64,000 nucleotides of DNA from a virus. Taxonomy: Duplodnaviria > Caudoviricetes. Made by a program: the position numbers and the translations under genes. The stretch covers positions 32,001 through 96,000 of the IMG/VR virus record IMGVR_UViG_3300020037_003256. One strand, given 5' to 3'. The notes below the pieces were generated by a model. The model saw only the letters and a list, made by a program, of their open reading frames with translations. It searched no databases and was not told the origin of the DNA. Shown here piece by piece: positions 46,864-57,120 of this stretch (its first letter is position 1; each line of letters opens with the position of its first letter).

Positions 46864-48669
46864 CTACCACAAGCGCATGTTAAACGCCTTGAACCACGCC
46901 GCGAACGATAGCACAGTAAACAGCTCTTTCTGGGCTGACAGGCCAGGGCCTGTACTTGGTTTACCGCTTACAGGTTTAGGTGGTCCGCCGTGGTCTCGGT
47001 TATTCAGATAACGATTCTCGATATCGTCTGCCGTAAGCTCAAATAACTCACGCACAACTGGATCCGCCAGGGTGCTACGTACATACTCCCGAACTACTCC
47101 ATCATCTGGAGCCGGGTACGTCGCAGTACCTACGATCCACTCATCTGTTGGTGCTCGCCACCCTGTCTTAGGCTTGGTGACGATCTCATCCGGTAGTAAC
47201 CCCCGGTACGCATCCCTTAACAGGATCTTGTTGTTGGTAGCCCGCAAACCTGTACCAAGCTTCAGCTCGCCCGGGATCGAACGGGCAAAGTCTCGAAATG
47301 CCGTACAGAGCATAGGGAACCGCCCCTCCATACCGAATGTCATTCCTAGCTTGTCGTTGCGTATTAGAAAGTCTTCGGCTAGCACAGTCATGCATTCGGT
47401 GTACATGAAGTCATTGACCAAATCACCAGTCAGCCCTTCTACGGGCAACCATCCTTGCAAATAAGAACTCTGGGCATCCGGAGTTAGCTGAAGATCTGGA
47501 TTAGCTAGAAGACGGTGCGGACGAATAGCATCTAATCTCGTCTGATACGGATACTCGCCGTGGTGCTTGTATCCGCACAGCAGCTCATCCCCACCGTCGC
47601 CAGACAAAGTAACCACACACCCTTTCTTAGCCATGAGACGATTACAAGCCAGGTATACCGGATGGCTGCGACCTTGCCGCGGCTCTTCTAACGCAGTAAC
47701 CGCTTCTGCAAACCCATCTACCCACACTTGTTGCGTGACATAAGACTCGTGGTGCTGGTTACGTCGCTTAGCGGTTAGGGCCGCGGCCCTAACTGCGTCG
47801 TCGTTATGGTTGCACCGTTTGTGCGGTACGTCGAACTTGCTGGTAAACGTATCTAAGTTGGAGTGTAGCGCCATTGCTTCGTAATACACTGCAGCACTAT
47901 CGATTCCGCCCGACAGAAACATACCTATCTTTCGTCGTCCGCCTAACGTTAGCTGCACCGCTTGCCGCAACTTAGCCCGTAATAGCTCGCTGATCTCGTG
48001 TGGCTTACCCGGGAAAGGCTTGGGAGCTTTTTGAAGTGAAAACGTGGTACTGGTCTGTTTAACCAAATCGAACGTGATGACCTGCCCCGGTACGAGCCGA
48101 TGGATACCGCGGAACAAGGTAAGCGGGCCACTTACCATACCGGCATGGTAGTAGTGTCGAAAAGCGTCGCGATCTACCACACGATCAAAGCCCAGTGATA
48201 GCAATCCACGGATCTCCGACGAAAACGCGAGCTGCCCGTTAAGAAAGCCAGCATATAGCGGTTTGGCTCCGTTCGTATCGCGAGCCAAAGTTAGGTGCCC
48301 TTGGTGCGGATCGTACCACGCTAGGGCGAACATACCGTCTACACGCCGCAAGAAGTCCAACCCTTGCTCGTGTAGGCCTGCGGCTAGCACCTCTGTGTCG
48401 CAGTCCGTGCGAAACTTGTGTGACAGCCCACTACGTAGGTCGCGGTAGTTGTACACCTCCCCGTTGAACACCAGCACTTTGTTAGCGATTAACCAGGGCT
48501 GCGTGGCGAGATCACGCCGCTCCGTAATAGCCAGCATGTTGTGCCCAAGTGTGACCTTATCGTCGGTCCAGCTACCGACACCGTCAGGTCCACGATGCTT
48601 GGTCGCAGACAGCATCCCTGCCATCTGCATACCCGTATCCTTCCAGACGAATCCGTGAATACTGCACAT
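46864..48669 (-). CDS. asnB: asparagine-synthase-like glutamine amidotransferase
   Basis: N-terminal MC; HRGPD; FNGEVYN; DTEV; LSGGIDS; SGDGGDE; TAATG overlap fixes the start. Confidence 0.9.
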   Translation of the reverse strand: MCSIHGFVWKDTGMQMAGMLSATKHRGPDGVGSWTDDKVTLGHNMLAITERRDLATQPWLIANKVLVFNGEVYNYRDLRSGLSHKFRTDCDTEVLAAGLHEQGLDFLRRVDGMFALAWYDPHQGHLTLARDTNGAKPLYAGFLNGQLAFSSEIRGLLSLGFDRVVDRDAFRHYYHAGMVSGPLTLFRGIHRLVPGQVITFDLVKQTSTTFSLQKAPKPFPGKPHEISELLRAKLRQAVQLTLGGRRKIGMFLSGGIDSAAVYYEAMALHSNLDTFTSKFDVPHKRCNHNDDAVRAAALTAKRRNQHHESYVTQQVWVDGFAEAVTALEEPRQGRSHPVYLACNRLMAKKGCVVTLSGDGGDELLCGYKHHGEYPYQTRLDAIRPHRLLANPDLQLTPDAQSSYLQGWLPVEGLTGDLVNDFMYTECMTVLAEDFLIRNDKLGMTFGMEGRFPMLCTAFRDFARSIPGELKLGTGLRATNNKILLRDAYRGLLPDEIVTKPKTGWRAPTDEWIVGTATYPAPDDGVVREYVRSTLADPVVRELFELTADDIENRYLNNRDHGGPPKPVSGKPSTGPGLSAQKELFTVLSFAAWFKAFNMRLW

Positions 48670-49253
48670 TAAGACGTAGCCTCTTTGTATTTCTTCAAAG
48701 CAATCGTTCCACAATCAGTCACCGATCCGAAGCTAACCAATCCCTCGTGGAAGGGTTGTCGCTTTGCTTCTTCGATCGTGTCGTGTGCGTGTGCCCAGAG
48801 ATCACCCCTGGCAACGGTGTACTTGGTGACCTTACGCACGAGCTCTATTATCTTGCCGTAGACGAACTCGTTGACATTGTGCTTGGGGTCTGTCGTTTCT
48901 TCTTGCTGCCACCCAATCCAGGTAGCGGTGGCAGCGTAATCAGCATGTTCAACATTCGGCGAGCGGACGTCGAATACGTACATACCGTACATTGAGCCAA
49001 ACGTTTCACGGTTAATATAGTTGACAGCAACCTCTATCTTATACGGGTCAAACCTGTTGGTGGCTGTTACGATATTCCGGACGTCTACCCCAAGCGTTGT
49101 GCCATTCTCCGTCAAGTACTCGTGCACAGCCAACTCACCTAACGGTGCTGCGGCCAACGCACACGCCTTCCACGTACTCTGAGCGTAGGCCATCAACTCT
49201 TCTGTACTTGCAAACATTGCAGCGAGTCTTGCCGTTGTATCTTCCGTAGCCAT
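48669..49253 (-). CDS. hypothetical protein, 194 aa
   Basis: Coupled to asnB. Confidence 0.65.
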   Translation of the reverse strand: MATEDTTARLAAMFASTEELMAYAQSTWKACALAAAPLGELAVHEYLTENGTTLGVDVRNIVTATNRFDPYKIEVAVNYINRETFGSMYGMYVFDVRSPNVEHADYAATATWIGWQQEETTDPKHNVNEFVYGKIIELVRKVTKYTVARGDLWAHAHDTIEEAKRQPFHEGLVSFGSVTDCGTIALKKYKEATS

Positions 49254-49264
49254 TTAGCCGTCCT

Positions 49265-49471
49265 TTATTTCTTGTTCCCGCATTTAACGCACGCGTACAC
49301 CGAAAACACCGGCTCTTTGGTGTACGCGTCGCCAAATAGTGTTCGCGTAACTTTGTTACTTACCTCTGTGTCGTATTGCATAGGCGTCCCGCATTTCGGA
49401 CACGGTCGGCCCCTGGCAACCCAGTCCTGGTCCGGTCTCTCGTAAAGATGCTCGTCGTCTTCCATCGCCAT
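49265..49471 (-). CDS. zinc-ribbon protein, 68 aa
   Basis: CPKC...CVKC. Confidence 0.65.
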   Translation of the reverse strand: MAMEDDEHLYERPDQDWVARGRPCPKCGTPMQYDTEVSNKVTRTLFGDAYTKEPVFSVYACVKCGNKK

Positions 49472-50262
49472 TATTTCAAAACTCCCTTCCTGCGGTGCAG
49501 GCCTTTGTCGTGACCCAGGTACGCACCCAACGGCGAGAACTGAATCACGGTGTTGTTCGGACCTACAGCCGTTGCCAAATCTCTTGTGCGGACATCACGT
49601 GCAGCCTGAATTCCTTTCTCCAACTGCACACAATCGTCCCATCTCGCGTCGTTGCGAAACTTGCCGGAACTGTATCGTGTGACCATCTGGTTAATCACCG
49701 TCAAGCCGCCGAACTTCAGATGATAGCCAACAACACCCGTCTCGATAGCGGTGCGTTTGCTCTTCAAATAGATGCAGCCGTACTTGTCCGAGAACCAAGA
49801 TGCCACAACGTCCGCAGGTGTGTGCTGTAGAAACACAGCATCTGAATCCACCCACATCATAATGTCGAAGTCGTTGCGGTACATCTTGGCTATGAGCTGT
49901 GCAGAGCGTACCTTACGCAACCACCGGAAGGCGTTGCGACAAAACCAATAACCGACACAGGGCAAACGGTGGTGCTTTGAGTGTACGTCCAGCGGCTTAA
50001 CGCGGCACCTGCACAGAGGTTCTCTTGCCGTGCCGCCCAACTCCACCGGTATCACAGCCTTGTTGTTGCTGAGGAACGTGTCAAGGAATATGTCTCCCTC
50101 CAACCTGTGCCCTTCAGCGTTAGGCGTTGGAGGAAGGTCCATTCCTTCGGTGAAAGCAACTAGCTTGTCGCCAGTGCCGGTAGCAACAAAAGAAGAGACG
50201 AGCCTGGATGCACTCGTCTCCCACATATCCTTTGAAAAGGTCGTAGCCCAAAGCACTTTCAT
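49471..50262 (-). CDS. putative GT-A glycosyltransferase, 263 aa
   Basis: WVDSD (DxD); ETG; WDD; HDKG. Confidence 0.6.
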   Translation of the reverse strand: MKVLWATTFSKDMWETSASRLVSSFVATGTGDKLVAFTEGMDLPPTPNAEGHRLEGDIFLDTFLSNNKAVIPVELGGTAREPLCRCRVKPLDVHSKHHRLPCVGYWFCRNAFRWLRKVRSAQLIAKMYRNDFDIMMWVDSDAVFLQHTPADVVASWFSDKYGCIYLKSKRTAIETGVVGYHLKFGGLTVINQMVTRYSSGKFRNDARWDDCVQLEKGIQAARDVRTRDLATAVGPNNTVIQFSPLGAYLGHDKGLHRRKGVLK

Positions 50263-50269
50263 ATCAACC

Positions 50270-51424
50270 TCATTTTTTAACTATCACGGGCGTATCTACA
50301 TCGTCGTCGGTAGGCAGAGGCAGGTCCATCTCTACGTGCGGATTGAGTCCGCCCAGGCATTTGGATAACGCGATGAGCTTTTCATTTGTGGCCCACGCGT
50401 TTATCTTCTCCTGCTCTTCCTCAGTACGTTCCGGGAGTGCCGGTAACTTCGTTGGGTCTAACACCCCAGATTCAAGCGGGTGTGCAACTTCTTCCCAAGC
50501 GAAAAAACCTGTTACGGGATCTGTCTGCCGCGTTACAAGACCATCCGGTTCTTTTTCCTTCGGGGTTGGGTCATCGTGCGTCTTTTGTTGTTCAGCCTGT
50601 AACGCTTTGGCCTCTTTCTCGAAATTGTTGTTCAGCCAGTCACGTACCAACGAATAGCGATCGGGTGTATTCGCGCATGCTACGATAACCGATCCCGTAG
50701 TAGGTTCAATCCCGGCTGTAGGGGCCGATCCGTCCGGGATTATCTCTGCGAGGCTTACAGTCAAATCTATCGGGTACTCAATTTGCCGTGATTCTGGCAA
50801 GGCACTGTAAGCTGCGAATTGTTTAGTCCAAGCGTCGTAGTCCGGGGCAGGAGCTGGTTTAACTTCTTGAATGGTCGCAGTACGTGCGTCCGCGGGTTTG
50901 TCGAAAGTCTTCAGATTAGCCAGAACCCGGCTGTACAGAATTTCCCACGCTTGCCGAGCAACCGCGTCAAAGTTAATCGTGTAATGGATAGCGTGTTCAA
51001 CATTCGCGAAATCTGCATACCCTTCACGCCAGGCCCGCACGTGCATTGCAGCAGTCAGAACCCCAAATACGCTTAGGTCCGGAGCCTTTTTACGCGTCGG
51101 GTTCGCGTCGAACCACTTCTGTATCGCGTCACACATAGCCTTACCTGCGGCTACGGTCTCTTCCGTTTTATGCTTCACCCACATTTCCAAAGCCGCAAGA
51201 TCGTCCGTAGCGATAGGAGCTTCCGGGGCAAGTTCCAAATGAACAAACTCTGGGGCCGGTGTAAGCTTCTCTTGCAAGGCTTCACACAATGCCGATGCTC
51301 CCTGCACTGCTGACGCGTCCAATTTAGTTGCAGGATCCGGCGTTTTCGATCCCAATGCGTTTAGAAACATTTCGCACATACGCAAAGCGTCTTCCGTTTT
51401 CTTCTTCAGCTCTTCGCTAACCAT
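50270..51424 (-). CDS. hypothetical acidic protein, 384 aa
   Basis: Long ORF; no motif recognised. Confidence 0.65.
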   Translation of the reverse strand: MVSEELKKKTEDALRMCEMFLNALGSKTPDPATKLDASAVQGASALCEALQEKLTPAPEFVHLELAPEAPIATDDLAALEMWVKHKTEETVAAGKAMCDAIQKWFDANPTRKKAPDLSVFGVLTAAMHVRAWREGYADFANVEHAIHYTINFDAVARQAWEILYSRVLANLKTFDKPADARTATIQEVKPAPAPDYDAWTKQFAAYSALPESRQIEYPIDLTVSLAEIIPDGSAPTAGIEPTTGSVIVACANTPDRYSLVRDWLNNNFEKEAKALQAEQQKTHDDPTPKEKEPDGLVTRQTDPVTGFFAWEEVAHPLESGVLDPTKLPALPERTEEEQEKINAWATNEKLIALSKCLGGLNPHVEMDLPLPTDDDVDTPVIVKK

Positions 51425-51426
51425 GC

Positions 51427-52617
51427 TTATTTCCTACTGTAGAAGTTCTTAATGGTCTCCACCACGTAAGCGACATCCTCGTCGGTTAGGTATTGGTGGC
51501 AACCAATGTAAAATGCGTTATCAATCAACCACGATGCCACTGGGTTCTGCTCTCGCAAGTTTCCGTACCTGCAATACACAGGTTGGTTTACCAGTGGCAA
51601 CAAATCTCTCGTCTCGATCCCACGCTCTTCCAGGTATTGCGTGAGCTTCGGTTTGTCCCCCGCACGCAAGCACACCATTGGGAACATCATGTACACATGC
51701 TCGCACTGGTACGCTACGCGTGGTAACTGCAACACATCCTGCAGGTCGTCCAGGCCGGTCAGATACTTGGTAGCGATCCCCTTGCGTGCGGATACAATTT
51801 CGTCTTTGCGCTCGAGTTGTGCCAGACCAATTGCTGCCTCCAGCTCGGTACACCGGAAACTGTGCCCAATGCTCGTAAACTTGAACCTGCGATCGATAAC
51901 TTCTTTGAGCTTATCCCCGGTTAGCCCGTCATCGTCATCAATGCTTAGATAGATCCCATCCCTACCGTGGTTCATTAAGCTACGCAATTTGACAGCCACG
52001 TCTGGGTTCGAAGTAGTAGCCAGACCGCCAACCCCAGTGACGATGTAGTGAGCCATGTAAGTGCTGAAGCACCCAATGTCTCCCCACGATCCCACCTTGC
52101 GACCAGCACAACTGGCAAAGGTAGTCTCACAGCTGTCTTCAATAATCCGGAGGTCTTTCACTTTGGCAAAATTGGCAATCGCTGGCATCTCTGCAGACTG
52201 GCCCGTAAGGTGCACTGGGATGATTGCCCGGGTGCGTTCTGTGCAGGCCTCAAATAGCTTCATGGTGTCGATGTTGTAGGTGTACGGGTCCACATCCACG
52301 AACACGGGAACCATATTATTATGTATAACCACATTTGCCGTTGCTACGAACGTCGTAGCCGGCACCAAAACCTCGTCCCCGTCTTTCCACCCATGAAGCT
52401 CTTTGAGGGCCTGTAATGCGATATGGAGGGCCGAAGTACCGGAGTTACAGAACACGGCGAACTTGGAATCGTGTTCTTTGGCCCACAATTCTTCAAAAGC
52501 TTTGGAAAACGGGCCATAGGAGAGACGTCCGCTCAGCATTACCCGATTGACGTACGCCCACTCCTTGGAACCCGGTTTGAAATCGCCCACTGTAACTTGC
52601 CGTCCTTGGCTTCCCAT
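51427..52617 (-). CDS. DegT/DnrJ-family PLP enzyme, His-type (ColD/E1-like sugar 3-dehydratase)
   Basis: NSGTSAL; VPATTFVAT; IEDSCE; FSTYMAHY with His at the usual Lys position. Confidence 0.85.
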   Translation of the reverse strand: MGSQGRQVTVGDFKPGSKEWAYVNRVMLSGRLSYGPFSKAFEELWAKEHDSKFAVFCNSGTSALHIALQALKELHGWKDGDEVLVPATTFVATANVVIHNNMVPVFVDVDPYTYNIDTMKLFEACTERTRAIIPVHLTGQSAEMPAIANFAKVKDLRIIEDSCETTFASCAGRKVGSWGDIGCFSTYMAHYIVTGVGGLATTSNPDVAVKLRSLMNHGRDGIYLSIDDDDGLTGDKLKEVIDRRFKFTSIGHSFRCTELEAAIGLAQLERKDEIVSARKGIATKYLTGLDDLQDVLQLPRVAYQCEHVYMMFPMVCLRAGDKPKLTQYLEERGIETRDLLPLVNQPVYCRYGNLREQNPVASWLIDNAFYIGCHQYLTDEDVAYVVETIKNFYSRK

Positions 52618-52626
52618 ATCGCTCTC

Positions 52627-53442
52627 CTAGCTCACGAACTTTAAATAATCTGGGTGCAACCCGTTAGTCGGTCGCCAGTCCTCCTTGACCCCAAACTTAG
52701 CCACTGCAGCTTTCACTTCTTCTGCAGTTACGGCCCCGTCCGCTAAAGCAAGCTTCAATGCGGTTTTCCACAAGTAGGCCAGCGGGTGGCTCGGTTTGTA
52801 CCAAGGTTGCTCCGGCTCCTTGGTGTAGTGTAACAACTTCGTGTGTCCAAGTGTGTAGACGTTTAAGTTGTTCCACGTCTTTTCGATGCGGGTGGGTGCA
52901 GCCGCGGTCCACCAAGGCGTCCGTGCGATCTTTGACGCCGAATCGACATCGAACATCTGGCAATGCATAAACTTGGCATATGTATCCCGAAGAGCTCCGC
53001 TTAGTAATGCAAGTACCCGCGGCATATGCCAGCCACCTTCGTTTTGTGCCCTTTCACAGTCAATCACCATTACAGAGGTCTGCGGTGCTGGGGTCTTGTT
53101 GTACTTATCAGGCTGATAGGTACACCAAATGGACGCGTCTGCAGACGGTTGTTGATCTGGCTTTGTCCATAGGTCTGCGATGTCGGACAACACCAGCTGA
53201 TCGGCATCTAGGTAAATCGCCCGTCCCGTCCAGTTACAAAACGCCGGAATCATCCAACGCCGCAGGGAGAACCCTGTACCAACGGTCAGCCCTTCTGTGG
53301 AGTATTCCCACTCTGGGCCAATCATGGGCACGATCTGAACGTCAGACTTGGTGGTTTTCCGAATGCTGTGTTCCAGCACCTTGCGCGCAATTTCTGTTTT
53401 GGGTTCGGTTCCAATAAAGATACGAATTGGTCCGTCACTCAT
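52627..53442 (-). CDS. GT8-like glycosyltransferase
   Basis: IFIG; TGFS..RW.IP; IYLDAD; TSVM; WN; LLHYT...PW. Confidence 0.75.
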   Translation of the reverse strand: MSDGPIRIFIGTEPKTEIARKVLEHSIRKTTKSDVQIVPMIGPEWEYSTEGLTVGTGFSLRRWMIPAFCNWTGRAIYLDADQLVLSDIADLWTKPDQQPSADASIWCTYQPDKYNKTPAPQTSVMVIDCERAQNEGGWHMPRVLALLSGALRDTYAKFMHCQMFDVDSASKIARTPWWTAAAPTRIEKTWNNLNVYTLGHTKLLHYTKEPEQPWYKPSHPLAYLWKTALKLALADGAVTAEEVKAAVAKFGVKEDWRPTNGLHPDYLKFVS

Positions 53443-54119
53443 TCTCTGTCTCTCTTGGGTCCTTGTGTTGGGCACTGGTTTCCTCGCGGATCGCCTTGGC
53501 AGCCTTGTGGGGCCGCACATACCGAACACGGCGTTCCAACCACTTCAGCACTCTTTTCCACAGGTTTGGCATCTTGCTTTTCTTCCTTAGGAACGGGTTC
53601 GGATTCGCCGCGTTTGTATTTGTCCACAATGTCCAACACGGTCTCTCGCAGCAGGTCCATTCCGCCACTAGCAAACAGTTTCGCTTTCTGGTCGTCTGAT
53701 AAGCTTCGCATCACTTCCAGATACAAGGCTCGATCTTGAAAGCTTAACGTAGCTGGTGGCTCAGCTGAGTGACGATCTGCACCCCAAAGCGGATTTGCCC
53801 GAATGTAGGTGTCGATCTCTTCCGCCGTTAGCACGTCCGCTGTTGTGGTGAAGTTGCTGGCATCTCTGCCACTGTAGGCACCACGTTCTAGCGTGATTTC
53901 GTGGCTGTGAGGATTCTTACGCATTCCGACCAGCATTGCCGGTTCTTCGGGTACAGGCTTTGGAATCTCTCCACCAATCTCTGTGCTTTTCTTTACCGGT
54001 TGCTCAAGCACTTCTGGAGAAGCAATACAATCAGGAAGCACGAACTGTGACGAAATGGATTCTTCTTCCTTAGGTTTTCGCCACAGCCGAGCCAGCCAAT
54101 TCTTTAGGCCTTTCAACAT
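53439..54119 (-). CDS. hypothetical protein, 226 aa (paralog of next gene)
   Basis: ATLSFQDR...AKLFASGG helical domain. Confidence 0.65.
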   Translation of the reverse strand: MLKGLKNWLARLWRKPKEEESISSQFVLPDCIASPEVLEQPVKKSTEIGGEIPKPVPEEPAMLVGMRKNPHSHEITLERGAYSGRDASNFTTTADVLTAEEIDTYIRANPLWGADRHSAEPPATLSFQDRALYLEVMRSLSDDQKAKLFASGGMDLLRETVLDIVDKYKRGESEPVPKEEKQDAKPVEKSAEVVGTPCSVCAAPQGCQGDPRGNQCPTQGPKRDRE

Positions 54120-54706
54120 TTCTCTTTACTCTTTGCGATACGGGACAGGATTGTCTCGTGCACAAAGCTTATACCACCTGCGGCATACAACTTCGCACGC
54201 TCTGTCCCCGACATGTTGTTAAGAATCGTAGTATACGCCAGCCTGTCTTCTGGTGACAAGGTAGCATCTGGTCCCAACGCACTACCGGATGTAGACGCCT
54301 TTGTCGCTACAATGGCGTCCATTTCTTCCGGAGTAAGTGCCGTAGCTTTTGCGGTAAAGACAAGCGTATCACGATACGTCTTTAGGTTCTTGTCTTCTCG
54401 CTTGGCTGCAGCGTCGTACGGATCTTCCTGCTTTTCCTGCGCCGGCACTGCAGACATGTCGCTCAGGTACTCTAAAGCAGACGCCGATCCTGCTATGCGT
54501 AGACCACTGGCCCTTAAGTTGTTGACGTTCACAGGATCAGCCGGAAAGTGTTCAGGCGGAATGCACATAGACTGAATCACTTCGGTCAAAAACGCCTCAC
54601 GATCTCCGGTTGGCACTGTCGGTGCCTCACCAGGTTGCGGTGCCATGTCTTCGAACTTGTATTCTGGTTGTTTCACTTCTTCTTTTGCGGGTTCCACGGT
54701 ATGCAC
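54113..54706 (-). CDS. hypothetical protein, 197 aa (paralog of previous gene)
   Basis: ATLSPEDR...AKLYAAGG helical domain. Confidence 0.65.
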   Translation of the reverse strand: MHTVEPAKEEVKQPEYKFEDMAPQPGEAPTVPTGDREAFLTEVIQSMCIPPEHFPADPVNVNNLRASGLRIAGSASALEYLSDMSAVPAQEKQEDPYDAAAKREDKNLKTYRDTLVFTAKATALTPEEMDAIVATKASTSGSALGPDATLSPEDRLAYTTILNNMSGTERAKLYAAGGISFVHETILSRIAKSKEKC

Positions 54707-54721
54707 CTTTAAGTTAAGGCT

Positions 54722-54735
54722 AAAAAACGTTTTTT
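54722..54735. repeat. dispersed palindrome copy 7 (intergenic)
   Basis: GGCT-A6CGT6-GAAAT. Confidence 0.9.
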
Positions 54736-54739
54736 GAAA

Positions 54740-54976
54740 TCACTCATCACGCTTGCATGATAGGCCGAACTGTCCTGCAACTGAAGCCCAGAACGCGTCG
54801 TTAGGCCTCATGTCTTTTGGTGTGCCCTTGTACCGAATCGTTTGAAACAAATCATCAGAACCACGTGCTTCCATGTCGCGTCTGAAAGCTTCCAATTCTC
54901 GGCACAAAGCCTCGTCAGCCGCAGCATACATTTCCTGCATTATGCTGCAGTTAATCACGTCAGGTTCCATGCTCAT
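54740..54976 (-). CDS. hypothetical protein, 78 aa
   Basis: ATGA overlap with upstream gene. Confidence 0.55.
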   Translation of the reverse strand: MSMEPDVINCSIMQEMYAAADEALCRELEAFRRDMEARGSDDLFQTIRYKGTPKDMRPNDAFWASVAGQFGLSCKRDE

Positions 54977-55302
54977 TGCTCCGGTAAGATCTCTTCAATT
55001 TCCTTGTACAGCCCGTACGCGTCCCAGCCCCAGCGAGGCTGCGGGCCACATAACAACGCAAGCACCTTGACAAGCTTTTCTTCGTCCCAAGGCACTTCCT
55101 TAAGTTCGACACGATAATTGCTGCCACCCTTGCCGTCATAGATTGCCAGACTAAGCGTGTTTTCCAGAATAGTCAGATCCACGTCAAAGCTGACTAGGTT
55201 TATGATTTTGCATCGGAGCAAGGTTGTCCATGCAGCGATTTCTTCTTTAAGTCTCGCAGTCACTTTCAGTACCTCTGGCAAGTTCGCTCTTGATTCTTTC
55301 AA
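54973..55302 (-). CDS. hypothetical protein, 109 aa
   Basis: Operon context. Confidence 0.55.
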   Translation of the reverse strand: MKESRANLPEVLKVTARLKEEIAAWTTLLRCKIINLVSFDVDLTILENTLSLAIYDGKGGSNYRVELKEVPWDEEKLVKVLALLCGPQPRWGWDAYGLYKEIEEILPEQ

Positions 55303-55531
55303 TAAGCCGTAAAGCGTATTCCCTGCTTACGGTCAGCCCAATGTTTTTACCGTCCCCAACGAAAGCGATATCGATCTTTGTTGTGTCTCCGTACGGACAG
55401 ATTGCGTACATGTGCCTTAGCGGTCTGACCGCACCTTGCCCGACCTGCAAGGTGCCACGTAGTTCAACACTCTTCTGTGTTACGTGGGCTTTACGCTCGT
55501 CAGCCATCCTTGCGTACCTCCGCTGCTGCAT
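55247..55531 (-). CDS. hypothetical protein, up to 94 aa
   Basis: Operon context; start uncertain. Confidence 0.5.
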   Translation of the reverse strand: MQQRRYARMADERKAHVTQKSVELRGTLQVGQGAVRPLRHMYAICPYGDTTKIDIAFVGDGKNIGLTVSREYALRLIERIKSELARGTESDCET

Positions 55532-55976
55532 CTACCTGGGCTTTTGAGAGGTATCGCCAGAACTTGTCGTCTTCTTCTTTTATGATGTCGCTAATGGTTT
55601 GGCCCGTGGCACGCTCTGGCGGCTTGGGTGCTTCCGTTTTCTCCGCCGCGTCTATTGCTTCCAGGCGTTCCAATAATGCTTTTGCCTCTGCCACAGCTGC
55701 GTCCGATTCTGCAACGGTTGGTAGCTCAACGAGATTTGCCAGGGACGCCAAAGTTTTCTCTCGGGCTTTTGCTATGTCCTCTTCCAGCTTGGCGAACGTA
55801 CCTTCCGGTCGCTTTATTAGCTCATCTTCCGTGATGCCTAGCTCCCGTAACAGCCGTTGGCATTCGAGCCTTGTCTTCTTGTACTCTTCGGTTAGCGCCA
55901 TGATCCGGTCGACCTGTGCGCTAACTCGTTTACAATCTTCGTCTGTTGGTGGGGTTCGTTTTTCTTTTTTGGACAT
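55500..55976 (-). CDS. coiled-coil hypothetical protein (~158 aa)
   Basis: Charged helical ORF. Confidence 0.6.
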   Translation of the reverse strand: MSKKEKRTPPTDEDCKRVSAQVDRIMALTEEYKKTRLECQRLLRELGITEDELIKRPEGTFAKLEEDIAKAREKTLASLANLVELPTVAESDAAVAEAKALLERLEAIDAAEKTEAPKPPERATGQTISDIIKEEDDKFWRYLSKAQVDAAAEVRKDG

Positions 55977-56601
55977 TTCCACGTTTCTCCGCAATTGGTA
56001 GGCGTACCCAGGTGCCTTTGGCTTTACGCAAGGTACGCTCTATTTCCTTTGTTTGCACGTCAAATGTCTTCTGCCCGTTGGCCAGACACGTATTGGTTTT
56101 GAATGCCTTTCCATAGGCCGTACCACCGTCTACGCCGATCGAGTAAATGGCTTTGAGCCCTGCCGCTGTCAGGATATTGAATGCTGCAACGGCACTAAAG
56201 TACCGCAAACGAATGGTAGGGAGCTTTGGGTGTTTAACTCGAGCGCAACCGGTTGTCGAGTTATAGGACACGACTCTGGCACCCAACTCCACCACTTTGG
56301 GGTATTCCAGCAGGGTTTTGGTCCCTGGCTTGAATTGCACGTGTGGATGCCAGGGCAAACACACTAAACAGTTCAACTGCTTTAGGCGCTCGAGATTCGC
56401 CTCGAAGGCCTCCATATCTACGAAATGGGCAATGTGCGGCACAACCACTTCGCAGGCATGATTCAGTGTAAAAACAAAATGACCGTCCAGTGCCACCTGG
56501 TTAAGGTAATTACTGGACGGTCCCTTACCGACTATCAGCCACTTCCTTGCAGCTGTTGCGGATATGTTCCGCACTGCTTCAACTACCGACTGGGTTTGCA
56601 T
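55930..56601 (-). CDS. second Maf/GT29-like sugar transferase
   Basis: WLIVGKGPS; FTLNHA; IYSIGVDG; start uncertain. Confidence 0.55.
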   Translation of the reverse strand: MQTQSVVEAVRNISATAARKWLIVGKGPSSNYLNQVALDGHFVFTLNHACEVVVPHIAHFVDMEAFEANLERLKQLNCLVCLPWHPHVQFKPGTKTLLEYPKVVELGARVVSYNSTTGCARVKHPKLPTIRLRYFSAVAAFNILTAAGLKAIYSIGVDGGTAYGKAFKTNTCLANGQKTFDVQTKEIERTLRKAKGTWVRLPIAEKRGNVQKRKTNPTNRRRL

Positions 56602-57037
56602 CACTAGCAACAACGGTTAGAGAGATAGGGTCGAACCGAATGGTGCCAGTGCACCACGCTTCCAGCGTCTCCATTGTACATGGCGACTTCAACTTAGTTA
56701 TCGAACCGAAACTGTTGATAAGCGTCAGTACGCGTTTCCAGTCCGGTGGATGCGGGTCCTTAGGTGCCTCACGTTTAAACTTAGTTCGGCGTTCCACGGG
56801 ATAGAATGCCTTACCACGAATAAACGCATAAGCAATAAGGCTCGATCTTTGTTCAGCCCGAACTACTTTCGTGCGGTGCTTCTTAAGCGTGAGCGCCACT
56901 TCTGACGTCAGGGTTAAACCGATTTTTGTTTTAACATTTCCCTTACTCCTGGCTTTGTCCTCTGCAGAACGGATGATACGTGCTTCTGCAGCTAAACTTT
57001 TAATCTTAACTTTCAATTCCATAACACGTGTTCTCAT
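56579..57037 (-). CDS. basic phage hypothetical protein, 152 aa
   Basis: AAGGAG SD; LKVKIKSLAAEARIIR...AYAFIRG. Confidence 0.7.
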   Translation of the reverse strand: MRTRVMELKVKIKSLAAEARIIRSAEDKARSKGNVKTKIGLTLTSEVALTLKKHRTKVVRAEQRSSLIAYAFIRGKAFYPVERRTKFKREAPKDPHPPDWKRVLTLINSFGSITKLKSPCTMETLEAWCTGTIRFDPISLTVVASDANPVGS

Positions 57038-57120
57038 GTTCGTCGTCTCCTTGTTAGGAGAACGACACTAGGTAACTATTTCACAGTCTCATCCTCCAAC
57101 TAAACTAACAACACGGGCGA

